Below are positions 6,462 through 12,489 of a stretch of 12,489 nt of DNA, one piece after another (positions within the stretch are counted from its first letter, which is position 1; the number at the start of each line of letters is the position of its first letter). The position numbers and the translations under genes were made by a program. The notes below the pieces were generated by a model, which made no database searches, was not told the origin of the DNA, and saw only the letters and a program-made list of their open reading frames with translations. The stretch covers positions 1 to 12,489 of the forward strand of contig JALVPN010000129.1 of the NCBI GenBank assembly GCA_027031765.1, in the 5' to 3' direction. Source of the stretch: Promethearchaeota archaeon. GTDB taxonomy: Archaea; Asgardarchaeota; Thorarchaeia; Thorarchaeales; Thorarchaeaceae.

Positions 6462-6770
6462 CTAGTCCCCATCGACCTCCATGACGAGCCCCTTCTCGAA
6501 CGCGCCGCGCTCGCTACGCTTCTCCTCCCTCAGTCGCTGCAGCCTTTCACCACCGATGCCCCTCAGTGCGACGAGCCCCTCGACGGCCTCTATCACATCC
6601 ACAATCTCCTCGTCAGCACCCGACTGGAGCAGCTCCTGTGCCTCCTCAAGGATCTTCTCACGGAAGAGCCTGTCCAGCTCCTCGGGTGCGGCCACTCTGA
6701 CCTGTGGTGTCCGCCCACATCTGCGGACTATCTCGGGAATCCTGTCCCTGACCAGTTTCTCCTTTGGCAA
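6462..6770 (-). CDS. MazG-superfamily all-alpha nucleoside triphosphate pyrophosphohydrolase (phosphoribosyl-ATP pyrophosphohydrolase-like), 102 aa
   Basis: Hallmark KLVRDRIPEI, EKILEEAQE, EEIVDVIEAV and EEKRSERGAFEKG motifs. TTG start 3 nt after the upstream stop. Confidence 0.9.
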   Translation of the reverse strand: MPKEKLVRDRIPEIVRRCGRTPQVRVAAPEELDRLFREKILEEAQELLQSGADEEIVDVIEAVEGLVALRGIGGERLQRLREEKRSERGAFEKGLVMEVDGD

Positions 6771-6773
6771 CGT

Positions 6774-7466
6774 TCACACCGGTCTCAGTGCCAGGGCCAC
6801 CTCCACCTGTGGCCGCGCGGTGTTGAGGAACGTGTTGAGTGCGTCCTGCAAGTCGGGTGGCAGGTCGGTACCCCATCGGGAGGCATCAAACTTGGGGCTG
6901 TCAGGTGTCATCGCCGTGACCGGCAGGAACTTGGCCTGCATTTTCTCGTCCAGTGAGAGTGTCCCAATCCACCGCCCGTCTTGGACGAGCTGGTATGTCG
7001 GCCAGTAGGCCCTGAGCTCGTCGGGTACCAGCGCGTCCCAGAAGAACATGGTGTCGCCGTAGAGGAGGGGCTCCCTTATGGCGATGTTGTACGTTGCCAT
7101 GCACGCCCTTGCGGCTGCAACGTCATACAGGACACCAATGCGGCAGTTAAGACACTGGTTGAACTCCAGCCCATCACCGTTTGGCTGCATGTATGCCATC
7201 CCGTTACGTTCGATGTTGTTGTCGTTGCAGTGCATGCACAGGTCCATCCCCCAGCGCACCTCCATGTGGCCCTGCAGTACTTCCTCTGTGAGCCGCTCTA
7301 TTGCGTCCTCGAACGTGGCCCTCAGCTCATCGGCCCCGACCTCGTCCGTCCTGTCCCAGACCACCCGCCAGACCTCCATGGGGTTCTGCCAGCGCACGTT
7401 CAGTATGATGTCCATGAGGTCATCGAGTCCTCGCTCTTCCAGTGCGGACAACTTACCATTCACCAC
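6774..7466 (-). CDS. Hypothetical protein with a CxxC-x24-CxxC zinc-ribbon-like site, 230 aa
   Basis: CMHC and CLNC pairs; natural composition; abuts the MazG-like gene; TATA upstream. GTG start uncertain. Confidence 0.8.
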   Translation of the reverse strand: MVNGKLSALEERGLDDLMDIILNVRWQNPMEVWRVVWDRTDEVGADELRATFEDAIERLTEEVLQGHMEVRWGMDLCMHCNDNNIERNGMAYMQPNGDGLEFNQCLNCRIGVLYDVAAARACMATYNIAIREPLLYGDTMFFWDALVPDELRAYWPTYQLVQDGRWIGTLSLDEKMQAKFLPVTAMTPDSPKFDASRWGTDLPPDLQDALNTFLNTARPQVEVALALRPV

Positions 7467-7510
7467 CTGTCAACTGTATACTCTATGACTGCACCCTCTA
7501 CGGGGGCACC

Positions 7511-7524
7511 GCAATTAAGTCTTC
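7511..7524 (-). promoter_or_regulatory. TATA box for the Zn-ribbon/MazG pair
   Basis: gaagacTTAATTgc on the minus strand about 50 nt upstream of GTG 7466. Confidence 0.45.
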
Positions 7525-7564
7525 ATAGGCCGTCCATTGCCTGCCGGACAACCTGTGCTAGCCT

Positions 7565-7577
7565 AAGCTTTTTATCT
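7565..7577 (+). promoter_or_regulatory. Candidate TATA box of ileS
   Basis: aagcTTTTTATct is the best TATA-like run on the + strand upstream of ileS; it implies a start near 7600 and a ~150-nt leader. Confidence 0.45.
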
Positions 7578-7621
7578 GACATGTCCGTGATGGGTCACGA
7601 GCCCAGACAGGTGAGAAAAGG

Positions 7622-7645
7622 ATGGATTGTCAAATTCTCGTCTAG
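7622..7645 (+). CDS. Candidate leader peptide (uORF) MDCQILV
   Basis: ATG GAT TGT CAA ATT CTC GTC TAG, with AGGTGA (7609-7614) 7 nt upstream, the same RBS spacing as the wHTH gene. Translation is unproven. Confidence 0.3.
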   Translation: MDCQILV

Positions 7646-7747
7646 ATTCGTTGTCCAAAGACCGTACACTCCATCCCGGTCCACCAAGGCCTGTTGGCGG
7701 CTTCTGCTCTGTCACTGTTGTCAAGCAATGGACACGAGGAGGCCATC

Positions 7748-10700
7748 ATGAGTCAACTGGATAAGCAGTACGACCCGCTCGTCGTAGAGAAGGAGGTACT
7801 CAAGTTCTGGGACGAGCAGCGGATATTTGAGAAGACCGTCAGGTCGAGAGAGAAGGGCCCTAGGTGGAGCTTCCTTGAGGGACCACCAACAACGAACGGC
7901 TTCATGCATGTTGGTCATGCCCGTGGTCGGGCCATGAAGGACGCACAGATCCGCTACATGACCATGTGTGGCTACAATGTGTGGAGGCGCGCAGGGTGGG
8001 ACATGCAGGGCCTGCCGGTGGAGCTGGAGGTGGAACGCAACGAGGGGATTGCAGAGAAGGGCCAGATTGAGACTACAATCGGCCTTGACAAGTTCGTCCA
8101 GAAGTGCAAGGAGCTCGTGGACTTCTACCTTGGGAGGTGGGTGCAGGACTCGCAGCGGCTCGGCCTGTGGCTGGACTATGACACTGCCTATCAGACCCGC
8201 AGGGACGACTACATAGAACACGTCTGGCACTTCCTGAAACTGGCAAGCGAGAAGGGCCTCCTGGGACGCGGCTACCGTGTCAACCCGACATGTCCACGGT
8301 GTGTCACTGCCCTCTCCGGCCACGAGGTGTCTCAGGGCTACAAACGCAAGGTCGACCCGTCCATATACGTGAAGTTCCGCCTGGTCGACAGGGAGGACGA
8401 GTTCCTTGTGATATGGACGACGACGCCCTTCACCCTGATATCTAACGAGATGGTCTCTGTGCACCCGGACTACACCTATGTCAAGGTGGACGTCGGGGGC
8501 GAGTACTGGTGGGTTGTGAAGGACCTCCTCGAGACCGTCATGGCAAAGGTCGGCGTGTCCTCGTACAAGGTCGTCGAGGAGCTCAGCGGTAGTGACATGC
8601 TCGGCTGGAAATACGTGCACCCGTTCCTCGAAGAGGTCGAGTGGCACAGGGAGCACCATGAGGAGTACATGCATGCTGTGGTCACTGGGACTCATGTGAC
8701 GGTCGAGGACGGCACCGGTCTCGTACACACTGCGCCGGGTTTTGGCCCTGACGACTTTGAGATGGGCCGCGAGTACGACGTCCCGGTCTTCGTCCCCGTG
8801 GACCCCACGGGCCGCTTCACAGATGAGGTGCCCATGTTTGCCGGCAAGTACGTCTTCGATATGAACCCCGTAGTGTGTGAGATGCTCAAGGAGAAGGGCA
8901 CCTTGGTACATGAGGAGACCATCGAACACGAGTACCCCCACTGCTGGCGGTGCGACACACCGCTCGTATATCTCGCGGACAATACTCAGTGGTTCCTCAA
9001 GATGACCGGTGTCCGTGACAGGCTCGTCGAACGCAACAAGGAGGTGCACTGGACCCCGACATGGGCCGGGTCTGGCAGGTTCGGTGACTGGCTTGCCAAT
9101 GCAGATGACTGGTGCATCTCGCGCTCCCGGGTCTGGGGGTCGCCGCTCCCGGTCTGGGTCTGCACAGAGTGTGGTCACGAGGTCGTGATAGGCTCGCGCA
9201 AGGAGCTGAGGGAGCGGGCAGTGGAGTTCCCAGACGAGTTCGAGATGCACAGGCCCTGGGTGGACAGGGTCGTCCTCAAATGCGACAAGTGCGGGGGCGA
9301 GATGCGCCGTGAGCCCTTCGTGACAGACTGCTGGCTCGACTCTGGAATGGCACACACCGCCAGTGTTGACTACCTCAAGGATCCGTCGCTCTTCAACGAG
9401 CTCTTCCCATACGACTTCATCACCGAGGCCGTAGACCAGTCGAGGGGCTGGTTCTATAGCCTCCTCTACACGTCGGTGGTCATGCATGACCGCGCACCCT
9501 TCAAGGCATGCGTCAGTCAGGAGCATGTCCTTGACAAGGACGGTGGGAAGATGAGCAAGTCGCGCGGGAACGTGGTATGGGCCCGTGACGCTCTCGAGTC
9601 TGTCGGTGCTGACCCCTTCCGGATATTCGTCCTCACAAAGAACGCATCGTGGAACCGCACCAACTACGACCCCGCGGAGATTGAGATGCTTAAGAAGAAG
9701 CTCTCAGTCCTCTGGAACGTGGTGCTGTTCGCCGACACCTACATGGCACTCGACAAGTACCGGTATGATGAGTCGCGGATGCGGGCGGCCCTGTCCGGGG
9801 CGCGGCTGGAGGACAGGTGGTTGCTCTCCAGGGTCCAGAGCACGGTGGAGGCGTACCATGAGGCCATGCGGGCGTACCTGTGGCACCGTGCTGGACGGGT
9901 TCTCCTCGAGTTCGTATCAGAGGACCTGAGCCGTGTCTACCTGCCACTGGTGAAAAAGCGGGTCTGGCTCGATGCTGACGACCCGGAGAAGGTGATGGCA
10001 TATGATGTCCTCTTCTACACCCTGCATGCGGTGGTACGGTGTCTGAACCCATTCACGCCCTTCTTGGCGGAAAAACTACACCGTTCCTTCCTCATGCGGT
10101 ACTGCGACCTCCCCGAGTCCGTCAACCTCACGGACATGCCCCTACCCGACAAGGACTTGCAGGACGATGAGATGGAGGCCACGTTCGACCTCCTTGAGGA
10201 GCTGCGGTCTGCTGCCAGCCATGCCCGCAACAAGAAGGGCGTCAAGCTGAGGCACCCGGTTGCCAGGGTAATGTTCGTACCCGCATCCGAGGACGCCGCA
10301 CGCCGTGCCCGCAGCCTCATCGAGATCCTCCTCCACGACCTCAACACACACGAGTTCGTCGTACTCGACTCGGATGTGGCCGACGAGTTCACACGCCTAT
10401 CAGTGACCCCTAACTTCAAGGCCCTTGGACCGCGCCTCAAGAAGAAGATGCGTCGCCTCACCAAGTTCCTTGAGGAGGAGGTCGATGGTGCGTGGCTTCG
10501 CAACGAGCTCGAGACTCATGGAAGGGCAAAGGTCGTTGTTGACGGCGAGGAGCTGGAGCTCGTGGCAGGCGATGTCGAGTTCCATGAGAGTGTCCCTGAG
10601 AACCTCAGCCTTGCAGAGTGCAGGGCCGGCAAGGTGATAGTGGACGTCACCCGGACGCGCGAGCTTGAGGCTGAGGGCCTGGTCCGTGATGTGACACGGC

Positions 10701-10948
10701 GCGTACAGGTGATGCGAAAAGAGCTCGACCTCAGCGTGGAACAGATGATAGACCTCGTCATACATTTCTCCGATGACGAGTCCATGGAGCTGGTATCGAT
10801 GTTCAAGGACTACCTGTCCAACGAGACCCGTGCCGAGACCCTGCGCCTCGTCGGGCCCTCGGAGGCTGTCGCATGGAAGCGGTGGAACTACTCCGTGGAC
10901 TGGGAGATTGACGGCCGCAAGATAAGGGTGGGGATGACCCCGAAATGA
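7748..10948 (+). CDS. ileS: Isoleucine--tRNA ligase, archaeal/eukaryote type, 1066 aa
   Basis: FLEGPPTTNG-HVGH (HIGH motif, 7907-7918); GWDMQGLPVE; CP1 editing motifs WTTTPFTL and GTGLVHTAPGFGPDD; DWCISRSRVWG; DQSRGWF; KMSKS (9548-9562); type-2 C-terminal EGLVRDVTRRVQVMRK. GAGGAGG RBS (7736-7742) supports ATG 7748 over 7694. Confidence 0.97.
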   Translation: MSQLDKQYDPLVVEKEVLKFWDEQRIFEKTVRSREKGPRWSFLEGPPTTNGFMHVGHARGRAMKDAQIRYMTMCGYNVWRRAGWDMQGLPVELEVERNEGIAEKGQIETTIGLDKFVQKCKELVDFYLGRWVQDSQRLGLWLDYDTAYQTRRDDYIEHVWHFLKLASEKGLLGRGYRVNPTCPRCVTALSGHEVSQGYKRKVDPSIYVKFRLVDREDEFLVIWTTTPFTLISNEMVSVHPDYTYVKVDVGGEYWWVVKDLLETVMAKVGVSSYKVVEELSGSDMLGWKYVHPFLEEVEWHREHHEEYMHAVVTGTHVTVEDGTGLVHTAPGFGPDDFEMGREYDVPVFVPVDPTGRFTDEVPMFAGKYVFDMNPVVCEMLKEKGTLVHEETIEHEYPHCWRCDTPLVYLADNTQWFLKMTGVRDRLVERNKEVHWTPTWAGSGRFGDWLANADDWCISRSRVWGSPLPVWVCTECGHEVVIGSRKELRERAVEFPDEFEMHRPWVDRVVLKCDKCGGEMRREPFVTDCWLDSGMAHTASVDYLKDPSLFNELFPYDFITEAVDQSRGWFYSLLYTSVVMHDRAPFKACVSQEHVLDKDGGKMSKSRGNVVWARDALESVGADPFRIFVLTKNASWNRTNYDPAEIEMLKKKLSVLWNVVLFADTYMALDKYRYDESRMRAALSGARLEDRWLLSRVQSTVEAYHEAMRAYLWHRAGRVLLEFVSEDLSRVYLPLVKKRVWLDADDPEKVMAYDVLFYTLHAVVRCLNPFTPFLAEKLHRSFLMRYCDLPESVNLTDMPLPDKDLQDDEMEATFDLLEELRSAASHARNKKGVKLRHPVARVMFVPASEDAARRARSLIEILLHDLNTHEFVVLDSDVADEFTRLSVTPNFKALGPRLKKKMRRLTKFLEEEVDGAWLRNELETHGRAKVVVDGEELELVAGDVEFHESVPENLSLAECRAGKVIVDVTRTRELEAEGLVRDVTRRVQVMRKELDLSVEQMIDLVIHFSDDESMELVSMFKDYLSNETRAETLRLVGPSEAVAWKRWNYSVDWEIDGRKIRVGMTPK

Positions 10949-10955
10949 GCGGCTG

Positions 10956-12284
10956 TCATAGACCGGCGGGCCCCCTCAACAGTACCTCAATGAGCATGTG
11001 GTAGAACGCCGCGTCCTCCTCGATTGACCGCAGGGAGACCCACTCGTCCGGGCCGTGCACGTTCCCGCCACGCGGGCCAAAGTCAAAGACCTCCGCCCGC
11101 CCGTCAGCAAAGTAGCGCGAGTCGGATGCACCAAAGCCCTCCATTAGACGGTACTCGATACCCTCCTTCTGGAGGGCCCACTCGGCCGCACGAATGAGCC
11201 TCGACGACGGGTCTGAGTCTACGGGCCCAGCCCCACGTTCCACACGCAGTGAGTACAGCTCCACCTTGCCGTCCAGCGCCCTCTCAAAGGCCGCCTGCAC
11301 GGGCTCTGCGTCAGCAGTTATTGCCCGTACGTCACAGTACAGACGCCACAGCCCGTCCTCCAGCGACAGCAGGTTCGGTGCGACCACAGTGCCGTGGTCC
11401 GAGTGGCCTGTGGGGAATGCTGCGTGTGCGAGTGGCAACAGCCCACGCATGAGGCCCGTGAGTGCAACATCGTACTCGCACTCCTCTCCGGCAGGGTCTG
11501 GGTGGACAATGTCCAGCTCCACCCAGTCGGGCACCACGTTTGTCTTTACGAAGGCCCCCCTGATATCACTCACAACACTGTGTAGGTGGAGGTCGAGGTA
11601 CTTGGATGCCGCCAGCATGGAGTGTCTGTCAACGCCCGGACGCATGTATGCGCTGTGCCTGGACCGCGTGCCAAAGGTGTCGGTCTGGAACCTCACGGTC
11701 TCGCGTCGTCCACGTATACGTGCCCGCTGCGACCTGACCTTGACCTCCGTTGGCAGGATATTGCGCCTCCTGTGGATGATCACTTGGTTGATTGCATCGG
11801 TCACGACGACGTAGTCCGGGTACAGCCCGTTCTTGCGGAGGTGCTCCCTGAGATGCCCTGCGCCGTTCGCACCCCCAATCTCCTCGTCGCCCGTGGCTGC
11901 AATCATCACAGCACACTGGGGGTCGTTCTCTGTCAGCCTCTCCGCCATCAGTAGCAGTGACACGATGTTCCCCTTGTCATCGCACGCACCACGGCCGTAG
12001 GCCCTGTCGCCGTCCACACGCATCTCGAACGGGTCTGAATGCCAGCCCTCACCAGGTGGCACCACATCAAAGTGTGCGAGGAAGAGTATCTTGAACCGTC
12101 CCTGTCCACGTCGTGCCAGGGCGGTCCAGTAGCCCTCCGACTCAAGGATTTCCGTGATGAAGCCCATTTCCTCCAGTCGTGAGGCAATGTACTCCGGGCA
12201 CTCACGTGTCGGTCTTTTCCCCGTTGCCGTGTCGTTCACAGTGTCGAACCCAATCAGGCGTTGGAGCTCCTCTCTGGCGTCCAT
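10956..12284 (-). CDS. M20-family metallopeptidase/deacylase (ArgE/DapE/PepV-like), 442 aa
   Basis: AHFDVVP, YGRGACDDKG, GDEEIGG, FGASDSRYF and NVHGPDEWV motifs. ATG 12284 has GAGGAGG 5 nt upstream; the longer N-terminus from 12470 is low-complexity and unlikely. Substrate unknown. Confidence 0.92.
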   Translation of the reverse strand: MDAREELQRLIGFDTVNDTATGKRPTRECPEYIASRLEEMGFITEILESEGYWTALARRGQGRFKILFLAHFDVVPPGEGWHSDPFEMRVDGDRAYGRGACDDKGNIVSLLLMAERLTENDPQCAVMIAATGDEEIGGANGAGHLREHLRKNGLYPDYVVVTDAINQVIIHRRRNILPTEVKVRSQRARIRGRRETVRFQTDTFGTRSRHSAYMRPGVDRHSMLAASKYLDLHLHSVVSDIRGAFVKTNVVPDWVELDIVHPDPAGEECEYDVALTGLMRGLLPLAHAAFPTGHSDHGTVVAPNLLSLEDGLWRLYCDVRAITADAEPVQAAFERALDGKVELYSLRVERGAGPVDSDPSSRLIRAAEWALQKEGIEYRLMEGFGASDSRYFADGRAEVFDFGPRGGNVHGPDEWVSLRSIEEDAAFYHMLIEVLLRGPAGL

Positions 12285-12319
12285 CTTGTCCTCCTCTCCC
12301 CCCATGAGTAGTGTCCGGG

Positions 12320-12329
12320 TCATATACTT
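12320..12329 (-). promoter_or_regulatory. Candidate TATA box of the M20 gene
   Basis: aagTATATga on the minus strand about 40 nt upstream of ATG 12284. Confidence 0.45.
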
Positions 12330-12341
12330 GGTGCTGCCGGC

Positions 12342-12358
12342 CACACTGTGCACTGCCA
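12342..12358 (-). repeat. 17-bp motif TGGCAGTGCACAGTGTG, copy 2
   Basis: Exact reverse complement of 94-110. Confidence 0.9.
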
Positions 12359-12489
12359 TCACAGTCTCCCAGATGAGATTCCGACCATACCGCGTCCCGT
12401 CCGGCCTGGTGCCTGCGGGCGTGTCCCTTCGCGGGCTGAGCGGAGGGGGGAGGAGGGCTGGGTGTGACACCCTCTGGGAGTGTCACTGC

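Noticed and set aside
6768-6776. In-frame UGA junctions (6774-6776 between Zn-ribbon and MazG genes; 4484-4486 between the 64-aa and 86-aa ORFs) as selenocysteine or readthrough fusions
   Set aside because: In-frame adjacency occurs one time in three by chance. The MazG-like ORF begins at a natural family N-terminus, no redox-type Cys/Sec context is present, and no SECIS was recognised nearby.
481-7722. CACTGTTGTC three times (481, 737, 7713), TAGTCCTAC after two stops (1101, 6464) and GCGGCTGTCA twice (3275, 10949)
   Set aside because: 9-10-mers recurring two or three times in 12.5 kb are within chance expectation once all possible words are considered.
6981-7751. 256-aa + ORF, plus similar shadows at 392-988, 3965-4339, 6423-6956 and 11194-11814
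   Set aside because: All overlap better-supported genes on the opposite strand and show no family motifs.
7721-9526. 601-aa - strand ORF antisense to ileS
   Set aside because: Antisense shadow; composition (many H, V, L, P) mirrors ileS codons.
94-12358. 17-bp inverted repeats as terminal repeats of a 12-kb mobile element
   Set aside because: The enclosed DNA has housekeeping genes (ileS, tes), no transposase or integrase, and no target-site duplication was seen.
12285-12470. 62-aa N-terminal extension of the M20 ORF and 18-aa extension of ileS (7694)
   Set aside because: Strong RBSs and TATA positions support the downstream ATGs; the extensions are low-complexity or non-homologous.
12466-12486. 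Small inverted repeats GTGACAC/GTGTCAC (12466-12486) and CCCCT/AGGGG (2589-2603)
   Set aside because: Short stems without U-tracts or supporting context; common in GC-rich DNA.
1-12489. CRISPR array, IS element or tRNA gene
   Set aside because: No regularly spaced repeats, transposase motifs or cloverleaf with a TTCGA-type T-loop were found by eye.

Overview
GC-rich archaeal chromosomal window. The archaeal assignment rests on a Tes-type radical SAM enzyme, an archaeal/eukaryote-type IleRS, BRE/TATA promoters and GGAGG/AGGTGA ribosome-binding sites. An Asgard (Thorarchaeia-like) host is only a guess. Gene order: ~485 nt without a convincing CDS; a + strand hypothetical with a probable winged helix (486-1103); then a minus-strand run from 7466 down to 1311. 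That run encodes a Zn-ribbon hypothetical, a MazG-like NTP pyrophosphohydrolase, a tetraether lipid synthase (tes) with three tightly coupled downstream genes (small protein, 2-TM protein, Thr-linker surface glycoprotein), a membrane-anchored wHTH regulator and a PhzF-family isomerase. ileS (+, 7748-10948) converges on an M20 metallopeptidase (-). No CRISPR array, transposase, tRNA or recognisable rRNA was seen. Best unexplained signals: (1) a 115-nt three-way-junction structure at 2338-2452 with its own BRE/TATA and a downstream pyrimidine tract, a candidate stand-alone ncRNA; (2) an RBS-led 7-codon uORF (MDCQILV) in the apparent long leader of ileS, a candidate leader-peptide control; (3) the tes-small protein-TM-glycoprotein operon; (4) an exact 17-bp motif at both ends of the window, each copy 15 nt before a TATA-like run, whose core 7-mer is over-represented. 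All motif calls were made by eye without database searches.
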